Part shown: piece after piece, positions 1 through 23,499 of the stretch
How the letters are laid out: the number at the start of each line of letters is the position of its first letter
How positions within the stretch are numbered: position 1 is the stretch's first letter
Assembly (NCBI GenBank): GCA_950097015.1
Contig: CATNEN010000005.1
Location: forward strand, 2,108,001 to 2,172,000
DNA: 64,000 nucleotides
Source: Macrostomum hystrix
Taxonomy: Eukaryota > Animalia > Platyhelminthes
Reading direction: 5' to 3'
Notes under the pieces: model-generated
The model's input: only the letters and a program-made list of their open reading frames with translations
Databases searched by the model: none
Told to the model about the DNA's origin: nothing
Translations under genes and position numbers: made by a program

Positions 1-1168
1 CAACTAATCTCCCTCAGATACTCTCCCTCAGATTCTCTCCCTCAGTTTCTCTCCCTCAGATACTCTCCCTCAGATACTCTCCCTCAGATACTCTCCCTCA
101 GATACTCTCCCTCAGATACTCTCCCTTTATTTACTCTCCCTCAGATACTCTCCCTCAGATACTCTCCCTCAGATACTCTCCCTCAGATAATCTCCCTCAG
201 ATACTCTCCCTCAGATACTCTCCCTCAGATACTCTCCCTTAGATACTCTCCCTTAGATACTCTCCCTCAGATACTCTTCCTCAGATACTCTCCCTTAGAT
301 ACTCTACCTCAGATAATCTCCCTCAGATACTCTCCCTCAGATTCTCTCCCTTAGATACTCTCCCTTAGATACTCTCCCTCAGATACTCTCCCTTAGATAC
401 TCTCCCTCAGATAATCTCCCTCAGATACTCTCCCTCAGATTCTCTGCCTCAGTTTCTCTCCCTCAGATACTCTCCCTTAGATACTCTCCCTCAGATAATC
501 TCCGTCAGATACTCTCCCTCAGATTCTCTCCCTCAGATACTCTCCCTTAGATACTCTGCCTCAGATTATCTCCCTCAGATAATCTCCCTCAGATACTCTC
601 CCTCAGATACTCTCCCTCAGATAATCTCCCTCAGATAATCTCCCTCAGATACTCTCCCTCAGATTATCTCCCTCAGATTATCTCCCTCAGATAATCTCCC
701 TCAGATGCTCTCCCTCAGATACTCTCCCTCAGATAATCTCCCTCAGATAATCTCCCGCAGAAAATCTCCCCCAGATAATCTCCCTCAGATACTCTCCCTC
801 AGATACTCTCCCTCAGATAATCTCCCTCAGATACTCTCCCTCAGATACTCTCCCTCAGATAATCTCCCTCAGAAAATCTCCCCCAGATAATCTCCCTCAG
901 ATACTCTCCCTCAGATTATCTCCCTCAGATACTCTCCCTTAGATACTCTCCCTCAGATACTCTCCCTCAGATTATCTCCCTCAGATACTCTCCCTTAGAT
1001 ACTCTCCCTCAGATAATCTCCCTCAGATACTCTCCCTCAGATACTCTCCCTCAGATTATCTCCCTCAGATACTCTCCCTTAGATTATCTCCCTCAGATAC
1101 TCTCCCTTAGATACTCTCCCTCAGATACTCTCCCTCAGATAATCTCCCTCAGATACTCTCCCTCTGAT
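1..1168. repeat. 14-bp minisatellite (CTCAGATACTCTCC)n, left arm, runs off the window
   Basis: Directly visible tandem units. Confidence 0.97.
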
Positions 1169-1651
1169 ACTCAGAAAAGGAGTAGATAAATATTCAGATA
1201 TATGTCATTTTCTGATTATAGAAAGTGTGAGCCCATTGCAGAAACTCAATCTGTAAAGACGAAGAGTGGAGCAGTGGAGGAGATAAATTAAGAGGCTGAG
1301 AATGGAGGAAGAAAACTCATAGGCAAATCAGCAACCGTGGCAGATGGGATGCCCTGAAGAATTGCTTTAATTAAGTCGGGTCGGGGCCAACCGATAAAGT
1401 AGCCGCTTTGGTGAAGCAAAAACAGACTTTGCGATTGGACTCTACTTGAAGCAGCGACGGTTTCTGAGATTCAACTGGAAACTTCATTGCCAATCTCAAG
1501 ACTCCCTATTTCCCACTGCTACTTTTGCTTTGCTTCCCCATCAGCATTTTCTGCGGTAGCAAGATAGAAAGCTGTGGAGGAACTCCTTTTTTCGACTTTG
1601 TGATTTCAGCAACATTAATGTTTCTTCAAGAATGCCAAGCTTCAAAGCAAC

Positions 1652-2103
1652 ATCAGAGGGAGAGTATCTGAGGGAGAGTATCTGAGGGAGAGTATCTAAG
1701 GGAGAGTATCTGAGGGAGAGTATCTGAGGGAGAGTATCTGAGGGAGATTATCTGAGGGAGAGTATCTAAGGGAGAGTATCTGAGGGAGAGTATCTGAGGG
1801 AGAGTATCTGAGGGCGAGTATCTGAGGGAGAGTATCTGAGGGAGAGTATCTAAGGGAGAGTATCTAAGGGAGAGTATCTGAGGGAGAGTATCTGAGGGAG
1901 AGTATCTGAGGGAGATTATCTGAGGGAGAGTATCTGAGGGAGAGTATCTGAGGGCGAGTATCTGAGGGAGAGTATCTGAGGGAGAGTATCTGAGGGAGAT
2001 AATCTGAGGGAGAGTATCTGAGGGAGAGTATCTGAGGGAGAGTATCTGAGGGAGAGTATCTGAGGGCGAGTATCTGAGGGAGATTATCTGAGGGAGAGTA
2101 TCT
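1652..2103. repeat. Same 14-bp minisatellite in inverted orientation (GGAGAGTATCTGAG)n
   Basis: Unit is the reverse complement of the unit at 1-1168. Confidence 0.97.
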
Positions 2104-2210
2104 AGAACAGATTATCTAATTGGGAATATCTGAGACAGCAATCTACCGGTAGGGAGTGTTCTGTCAGAGAATATATCAACACCACACCAATCGGACCTCC
2201 CTTCAAAGCC

Positions 2211-2246
<36 letters not shown>

Positions 2247-2729
2247 GCCAGCTTTGACAGTCTACAAATATTGACAAGCCCAATTTATACAAAATACAAA
2301 TGAATCGGGTTCCTGAACGGGTAGACATTGCATAAAAAGCGACACATTTTCCCAGGGGAGTTCAAGGCTTAGCCCTGGGGTTGGAAACGTGCATGCATTA
2401 GCTGGACACAGTGGTGAGAGTTTTCTACCACTTTTCCCTGCCTGTTCATTCTCAGCAATGACACTGTCCAAGCATTGCTCGGGTTGCAGCGTGTGCCAAA
2501 GAAAAGTCTATTGTCTGATTGCATTAAGACTGACAATCGATTATTTGTCTTCCGCCATGCTGGCAGAGGAGACAGAAAGTAGAAGCAATAGACTTAATGC
2601 CTTGCCTGCTTTTTTGGCTGAGGAACAATTGGAGACGAAATACAGGATTTAACTCACACTGAAGAAATGTAACACGAAGAAATGCTTAGAAAAGTGAGAA
2701 ATATAATCAGACGGATAGGGCAGTATAAT

Positions 2730-3168
2730 GAGAGATGGAATAGGTGGGTGAGAAATGGAATAGATGGGTGAGAAATGGAATAGGTGGGTGAGAGATGAAA
2801 TAGATGGGTGAAAGATGGAATAGGTGGGTGAGAGATGGAATAGGTGGGTGAGAGATGGAATAGGTGGGTGAGAGATGGAATAGGTGGGTGGGAGATGGAA
2901 TAGGTGGGTGGGAGATGGAATAGATGGGTGAGAGATGGAATAGATGGGTGAGAGATGGAATAGGTGGGTGGGAGATGGAATAGATGGGTGAGAGATGGAA
3001 TAGGTGGGTGGGAGATGGAATAGATGGGTGAGAGATGGAATAGGTGGGTGGGAGATGGAATAGATGGGTGAGAGATGGAATAGGTGGGTCGGAGATGGAA
3101 TAGATGGGTGAGAGATGGAATAGATGGGTGAAAGATGGAATAGGTGGTTGAGAAATGGAATAGATGGG
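2730..3168. repeat. 20-bp minisatellite (AGAGATGGAATAGGTGGGTG)n
   Basis: Visible tandem units; source of the spurious ORFs 2649-3188. Confidence 0.95.
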
Positions 3169-3844
3169 ATTATTATGCACTGTGGCATGCTGTGATGTTA
3201 GCTGTGCACAGTAGCTCCTGAATTTGGCCCGAAAATCATGAAATGCTTTTTAAACTGGCCTGCAACTCAGTGAGTGTAGGTCTCAGGTCAAGATTAGACT
3301 CAAAAGCTAGCCCCCCTATTGCTTAGCTAATGACGGGATAGAGGATTTTTAAAAAGTGAATCCTTGTCATACAAGAGCTTCTCTGTACGCAATTTATCCC
3401 ACTCAAATATCCCCCTAAAAATCAGCAATGTAGAGCATGAGACGACTATAGACTCAAATGTGTTTTCAGGCTCTTGAGAATCTAGAGCTTTTAGCATTGA
3501 AAAAATGGAGCACAGTTAAAAAGGAGATCCATGAGTAGCTGATACGGAGAAGGAAGCAAATTAAGCCAGCATAGGCAGGTTTGGCTCAGAAAAGTAGCCT
3601 TAGGCTGTTCTCAAATGTGTATTTATTTTTTATTAGAAATCCGTTAGATCTCCGTTTTTTATAATCCGCACAGTTTACATTGAATATTCCAAATTGTAAC
3701 TTCAAGATTTTAGTTCGCTATAGTACAAATTGATGAGGCTTAAATTTGTTATTCCCAATCGGATGTCATAAAAATATCCCTATATGAAATCTCAATCAAC
3801 AAAAAAAATCGACAAACAATAATCGAAAATCACTTAGGGAAACC

Positions 3845-4950
3845 CTAAATAGACCCTAATTGGAGCTCTTAAATGGAAATCCCTATTCGAAATCTCAAAC
3901 GGAAATCTCCATTGAAAATCGCATTTTGAGGTCCCTCAGATCAAATCCCAATCGGAAGCAAATTTCTGAAATTTCCATCGGAAATCCCCCTCGGAAATCC
4001 GCATCGGAAATCCCCCTCGGAAATCCCCATCGGAAATCTCCTTCAGAAATCCCCATCGAAAGCCACAAATCCAAGCCCAAAATGGGAAATCCCATTCGGA
4101 AATATCAAATGGAAATCCTAATTTGAAGCCTCCATCAGCAATACCCTTCAGAAGTCCCCATCAGAAATCTCCTTCGGAAATCCCCATCGGAAATCCCATC
4201 GGAAATCCCCATCGGAAATGGAAATCCCAATCAATCGATTTGCGGAGGGAGACGGGAATCGATCGTACAACTAGCTAATGAAAGGGCTGCTGCTGCTGCT
4301 GCTGCTGCTGAGCTGTCACTTTCTCAAGGAACAGAATAATAAAAGTGGCCTCGGTCGGAATCGATTTTAAGAGTAACTCGCGCCGGTTAGAATGGGATGT
4401 TCTATGGGGAATTTCGGGAGGATTCCACGCCATGGGAAATCCTGTTCTATGGGATTTAGGAGGATTGGGAAATCCTGTTCTATGGGATTTAGGAGGATTG
4501 GGAAATCCTGTTCTATGGGATTTAGGAGGATTGGGAAATCTTGTTCTATGGGATTTAGGAGGATTGGGAAATCCCCCTCGGAAATCCCCCTCGGAAATCC
4601 CCATCGGAAATCTCCTTTAGAAATCCCCATCGGAAGCCCCAAATGGAAGCCCAAAATGGGAAATCACATTCGGAATTATCAAATGGAAATCCTAATTTGA
4701 AGCCTCCATCAGAAATACCCTTCAGAAGTCCCCATCAGAAATCTCCTTCGGAAATCCCCATCGGAAATCCCCATCGGAAATCACCATCGGAAATCCCCAT
4801 CGTAAATCCCCGTTGGAAATCCCAATCGAAAATCCTCATTGGAAATCTCCATCGGAAGCCACAAATGGAAGCCCAAAATGGGAAATCACATTCGGTTATC
4901 AAATGGAAATCCTAATTGGAAGCCTCCATCAGAAATACCCTTCGGAAATC
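3845..4950. repeat. Degenerate GGAAATCCCCATC-rich blocks (3845-4240, 4565-4950) flanking a duplicated segment
   Basis: Repeated GGAAATCCCC(C/A)TC; the longer block AAGCCCAAAATGGGAAATC...CAAATGGAAATCCTAAT occurs three times. Confidence 0.8.
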
Positions 4951-5577
4951 CTATCACAGATTTCAATTAAAGAACAGCGTATGCCAAATTTACGAGTATA
5001 ACAATTTCAATTTTGAACGATAAATAAGCACAGAAACAAACAATTTCAGATTAAAAAAAGCCAAATTTTCACTTCTATAAAAAACACTGGACCTACAGAG
5101 CAGCCTTCGCGTGTGCTCTGAGGCCTCTTGGTCGTGGAAGACAGAAATAAATAAATAAAGGATAGCCAACAAGATAGAGACTATGGACCAATGCTCTGTC
5201 GATTCGGATTAGGATTAAACAAATTCTTCAGAAATGCTGCGGAAGAGATGAGAGAAAGAAAGAGAGAGAGGGAGGGTTGAGCACCGAGGATTTGGGAGAA
5301 GTATAGAGAGTCTCCACAAAGTAATCCTACATCAGACTGAACTGAATTCGCTAGAATGTTTTAGGCGGTGGAAAGGAATTTCGGCGAGTTTGGTTGGTTT
5401 AAAATCGATCAATCGATTTGCGGAGGGAGACGGGAATCGATCGAACAACTAGCTAATGAAAGGGCTGCTGCTGCTGCTGCTGCTGCTGCTGAGCTGTCAC
5501 TTTCTCAAGGAATAGAATAATAAAAGTGGCCTCGGTCGGAATCGATTTTTATAAAGAGTAACTCGCGCCGGTTAGAA

Positions 5578-6320
5578 TGGGATGTTCTATGGGGAATTTC
5601 GGGAGGATTCCACGCCATGGGAAATACTGTTCTATGGGATTTAGGAGGATTGGGAAATCCTGTTCTATGGAATTTAGGAAGATTGGGAAATCCTGTTCTA
5701 TGGAATTTAGGAAGATTGGGAAATCCTGTTCTATGGAATTTAGGAAGATTGGGAAATCCTGTTCTATGGGGAATCTAGGATGATTCCACAACATGGAAAA
5801 TCCTGTTCTATGGGGATTAAGGGGGATTGGGAAATCCTGTTTTATGGGGGAATTTAGGAGGAATGGGAAATCCTGTTCTACAGTGGAGTTAGGGAGGATT
5901 GGGAAATCGTGTTCTATAGGGGAATTCGGAAGGATTGGGAAATCGTGTTCTATAGGGGAATTAGGGAGGATTGGGAAATCCTGTTCTATAGGGGAATTAG
6001 GGAGGATTGGGAAATCGTGTTCTATAGGGGAATTTGGGAGGATTGGGAAATCCTGTTCTATGGGGGAATTTAGGAGGATTGGGAAATCCTGTTCTACAGG
6101 GTAATTTGGGAGGATTGGGAAATCGTGTTCTATAGGGGAATTCGGAAGGATTGGGAAATCGTGTTCTATAGGGGAATTAGGGAGGATTGGGAAATCCTGT
6201 TCTATAGGGGAATTAGGGAGGATTGGGAAATCCTGTTCTACAGGGTAATTTGGGAGGATTGGGAAATCCCGTTCTATGGGGGAATTGGGGAAGATCCCAC
6301 ACCATGGGAAATCCTGATCT
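5578..6320. repeat. 33/36-bp minisatellite (GGAAATCCTGTTCTATGGGATTTAGGAGGATTG)n; shorter copy at 4400-4570
   Basis: Visible tandem units. Confidence 0.9.
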
Positions 6321-6867
6321 ATTGGGTAAAATTGTGGATTTGGGATATTAACAAAAAAATTCGAAAAAAGAGGATATCGTAGTTGACACAGGTTATTTGT
6401 TTAACAGAAGCAATAGCTAGCTATTTTTTGTCCCTTCAACCTTCGTCAATCTCTCTTCCCCCCATCCGCACTCCCATTTTGCCACCATTTGGTGTTATCA
6501 TCCCATTAAAGCATCCCAGGGAGGGAGGTGGGTGAAGCAATTCGTCCATCGCAGCAGAGTTTCATAATTCTGCCCCTCCCCTCTTTGCTGCAGAACACTT
6601 TCCTGGAGAGCCGATTGCCAAAATTCAGCACTTATCACCCTCTTGGCTTGAATATGTACTGCCTCCCAAACACATACGCACGCATACATAAGTATATACG
6701 AGTATATATATATTGATTTATCCGACTAAAGGCATATTTCTAGGCCCCACCACCACCACAGGACTGCAGGGTGGAGTGAAAACACTGTGCACACAATACA
6801 CTTCTTCTATACCCCAGTGTGCAGCTGGGAGGCTGGGAGGCCCTTGGTTGATAACTGCCTACTTGTA

Positions 6868-6904
<37 letters not shown>

Positions 6905-7034
6905 TCACTCACCTCATCCTCTCTGCCCTCTCCCTCCGTAAAATTTCCCTCAACTTCCTTTTCTTAACAAAAAGCAACAGAAGATTCTAGGAAACTTTTG
7001 TGTCCATGGTTGGCAAGAATTTGAATTTCATAGA

Positions 7035-8155
7035 ATGCTCCTGAGTACACTCTCACAATAAGGTGTGTAACATCTGCCTTGACTTTCTCATTGTCAAGCA
7101 GTGTACACTCTCACAATAAGGTGTGTAACATCTGCCTTGACTTTCTCATTGTCAAGCAGTGTACACTCTCACAATAAGGTGTGTAACATCTGCCTTGACT
7201 TTCTCATTGTCAAGCAGTGTACACTCTCACAATAAGGTGTGTAACATCTGCCTTGACTTTCTCATTGTCAAGCAGTGTACACTCTCACAATAAGGTGTGT
7301 AACATCTGCCTTGACTTTCTCATTGCCAAGCAGTGTACACTCTCACAATAAGGTGTGTAACATCTGCCTTGACTTTCTCATTGCCAAGCAGTGTACACTC
7401 TCACAATAAGGTGTGTAACATCTGCCTTGACTTTCTCATTGCCAAGCAGTGTACACTCTCACAATAAGGTGTGTAACATCTGCCTTGACTTTCTCATTGC
7501 CAAGCAGTGTACACTCTCACAATAAAGTGTGTAACATCTGCCTTGACTTTCTCATTGTCAAGCAGTGTACACTCTCACAATAAGGTGTGTAACATCTGCC
7601 TTGACTTTCTCATTGCCAAGCAGTGTACACTCTCACAATAAGGTGTGTAACATCTGCCTTGACTTTCTCATTGTCAAGCAGTGTACACTCTCACAATAAG
7701 GTGTGTAACATCTGCCTTGACTTTCTCATTGTCAAGCAGTGTACACTCTCATAATAAGGTGTGTAACATCTGCCTTGACTTTCTCATTGTCAAGCAGTGT
7801 ACACTCTCATAATAAGGTGTGTAACATCTGCCTTGACTTTCTCATTGCCAAGCAGTGTACACTCTCATAATAAGGTGTGTAACATCTGCCTTGACTTTCT
7901 CATTGCCAAGCAGTGTACACTCTCATAATAAGGTGTGTAACATCTGCCTTGACTTTCTCATTGTCAAGCAGTGTACACTCTCATAATAAGGTGTGTAACA
8001 TCTGCCTTGACTTTCTCATTGCCAAGCAGTGTACACTCTCACTGTGCCATGGAAATTGGCCATCTAGGGACAATCTAAATTACACGACAAACCACCTCCA
8101 AGTGTGGCCTCGCCGCGGAATCGAACTCAGGGAACTTGGTTACTCACTAGTGGGT
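7035..8155 (-). mobile_element. SINE family A copy carrying an internal 58-bp tandem amplification
   Basis: Right flank GTGGCCTCGCCGCGGAATCGAACTC is the reverse-complemented tRNA head; left flank CTCCTGAGTACAC matches the SINE body; the array unit is SINE internal sequence. Confidence 0.8.
7045..8042. repeat. 58-bp tandem array, 17 copies, SINE-derived
   Basis: GTACAC starts at 7045, 7103 ... 8031 (17 x 58 bp); no unique spacers. Confidence 0.97.
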
Positions 8156-8315
8156 TAAAAATTCGTAGCCACTTTGCTCTAAAAATTCCTGTTCTTAAAC
8201 TTGATGACATTTTTAATACATTTTTTAGCTTTAATTAACTCACATAGTTAATTTACGAAAGTGTTTTTGTTAAATCAAAGAAGACTGTGGGTCATAATGT
8301 TAATTAGTTTCTTAT

Positions 8316-8326
8316 TTTCATTTCAG
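8316..8326 (+). promoter_or_regulatory. 3' splice acceptor 17 nt upstream of the nAChR ATG (5'UTR intron or trans-splice site)
   Basis: TTTTCATTTCAG|CAGCCGACATAAGCACAATG; NAGNAG arrangement. Confidence 0.55.
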
Positions 8327-8343
8327 CAGCCGACATAAGCACA

Positions 8344-20890
<12,547 letters not shown>

Positions 20891-21387
20891 GGCTGGCCTA
20901 ATGACATCTGTTTGTTTAGTAACACGCTGTAGCAGCATTCAATAGCAAGTAACTCAAACAAAATGTAACTATTTAGAGTCGTAGTAAATTAATTTCCTTT
21001 TTAAATAACCCCGAAATGTTGTAGCACAAAAAATATACTAGTTCAATTGAAAATCACGTAAATGCTCTTTTCGACCAATCTTTGTCGATAAATAAAGTAA
21101 AGATACGAGTAAGTAGTGCAACAACTGATAGAAAGTCAATTTCGCACTTTTAATTTTATTTTATCAGTTTCCCTTTGTACAGGTACAGCTTTTGAACAGA
21201 AAAGTTCATAGTGACACCTTTTTTACAAAAAAAAAATTAAAGAAAATATATTTAGCATATTGCATGCAGCAGAAATAGCGCATTTATAGACGACATGGGC
21301 TTAAAAAACAACGCCACAGACGACCCCACCCAAAACACATGACAGAAATTGAGACATGATTCTGAAAGGGTTGCAAGTCGAAGCCAA

Positions 21388-22480
21388 AATCTGAGGATCT
21401 GGGAAGGTGACAAACTCAATCTGAGGATCTGGGAAGGTGGCAAACTCAATCTGAGGATCTGGGAAGGTGACAAACTCAATCTGAGGATCTGGGAAGGTGG
21501 CAAACTCAATCTGAGGATCTGGGAAGGTGGCAAACTCAATCTGAGGATCTGGGAAGGTGACAAACTCAATCTGAGGATCTGGGAAGGTGGCAAACTCAAT
21601 CTGAGGATCTGGGAAGGTGACAAACTCAATCTGAGGATCTGGGAAGGTGGCAAACTCAATCCGAGGATCTGGGAAGGTGACAAACTCAATCTGAGGATCT
21701 GGGAAGGTGGCAAACTCAATCTGAGGATCTGGGAAGGTGGCAAACTCAATCTGAGGATCTGGGAAGGTGGCAAACTCAATCTGAGGATCTGGGAAGGTGA
21801 CAAACTCAATCTGAGGATCTGGGAAGGTGGCAAACTCAATCTGAGGATCTGGGAAGGTGGCAAACTCAATCTGAGGATCTGGGAAGGTGGCAAACTCAAT
21901 CTGAGGATCTGGGAAGGTGGCAAACTCAATCTGAGGATCTGGGAAGGTGACAAACTCAATCTGAGGATCTGGGAAGGTGGCAAACTCAATCTGAGGATCT
22001 GGGAAGGTGACAAACTCAATCTGAGGATCTGGGAAGGTGACAAACTCAATCTGAGGATCTGGGAAGGTGGCAAACTCAATCTGAGGATCTGGGAAGGTGG
22101 CAAACTCAATCTGAGGATCTGGGAAGGTGGCAAACTCAATCTGAGGATCTGGGAAGGTGGCAAACTCAATCTGAGGATCTGGGAAGGTGGCAAACTCAAT
22201 CTGAGGATCTGGGAAGGTGGCAAACTCAATCTGAGGATCTGGGAAGGTGGCAAACTCAATCTGAGGATCTGGGAAGGTGGCAAACTCAATCTGAGGATCT
22301 GCTGGGAAGGTGACAAACTCAATCTGAGGATCTGGGAAGGTGGCAAACTCAATCTGAGGATCTGGGAAGGTGGCAAACTCAATCTGAGGATCTGGGAAGG
22401 TGGCAAACTCAATCTGAGGATCTGGGAAGGTGGCAAACTCAATCTGAGGATCTGGGAAGGTGGTAAACTCAATCTGAGCA
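21388..22480. repeat. 30-bp minisatellite (AATCTGAGGATCTGGGAAGGTGGCAAACTC)n, 36 copies
   Basis: Highly homogeneous; G/A variant at one position and one unit with a 3-bp insertion. Confidence 0.98.
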
Positions 22481-23074
22481 TCTCAAAGTTCCGATAGATT
22501 AGCTAAAATGTTTAATTAAAAAATTTAACGGTAAAAAGTAAGTGAATCTAACAATAAAATTCAAATTACGAGAATTTCTTGCAATATAATACTATCATCG
22601 CAATTTTAGAAAAAACAGCAAGGAACACGTGATTAAGTGCTTATTGAAATAATTAGATTCACTGGGATAAAAACTATAGCATTTCACGATTAGCATTGGA
22701 AATTAACTAACACACCCAACGAGTGATCAAGACATAAAAAAAACAGGGATAGCTTACTTTGGGATAATTTCCACTCGGAATTTACAACGGTAAAATCTTT
22801 TAAAGTACAATATTACGTGGTATAGTGGTATTACCACATGGGAAAAAACTGGTATAAACCCACAGGGATAAAAGTTTTAGAGAAAGTCGTTTAAATGTAA
22901 AAAAAGTTTAAGCACACACGCAATTCACATGCTACTCTGAGTAGTTGAAAGAAAACATTAGCTTAGAAGTAATATTCTTAGTAAAACCGTTTTCGACAAG
23001 AAAATGTGTATATTAAAATCATATCACCACTGAGAAAGCTTATTAAGAATAATTTTATTTCCTCCTCATCCATA

Positions 23075-23425
23075 TAGAATCTCATACCTATGGAATCTCA
23101 TCCCTATAAGAATATCATCCTCATAGAATCTCATTCCCATAGAATATCATCCCCGTAGAATCTCATCCCTATAGAATCTCATCCCTATAGAATCTCATCC
23201 CTATAGAATCTTATCCCCATAGAATCTCATTCCCACAGAATCTCATCCCTATAGAATCTCATTCCCACAGAATCTCATCCTTATAGAATCTTATTCCCAT
23301 AGAATATCATCCGTATAGAATCTCATTCCCACAGAATCTCATCCCTATAGAATCTTATTCCCATTGAATCTCATCCTTATAGAATCTCATCTCTGTAGAA
23401 TCTCATTCCTATAAAATATCATCCT
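23075..23425. repeat. 16-bp minisatellite (AGAATCTCATCCCTAT)n
   Basis: Visible units just downstream of the nicastrin stop. Confidence 0.88.
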
Positions 23426-23499
23426 GAGACAAGCCATATCTCCGATTGCTTGCCCCAGCAACGCCCCAGCAACCGTGTCACAGCCGGCAGCGCAGAGTA

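Noticed and set aside
2160-2652. Possible coding exons near the CAG tract (ORFs 2262-2471, 2389-2652)
   Set aside because: No recognisable domain or consistent splice chain on either strand.
6498-6990. Short ORFs and a minus-strand GTGAGT donor near 6912
   Set aside because: Could not be linked into a gene model; no homology recognised.
7045-8042. CRISPR-like regular repeat
   Set aside because: No unique spacers, eukaryotic context, no cas genes; the unit is SINE-derived.
21252-22497. 382- and 409-aa ORFs on both strands
   Set aside because: Translation of a stop-free 30-bp tandem unit; no splice or domain context.
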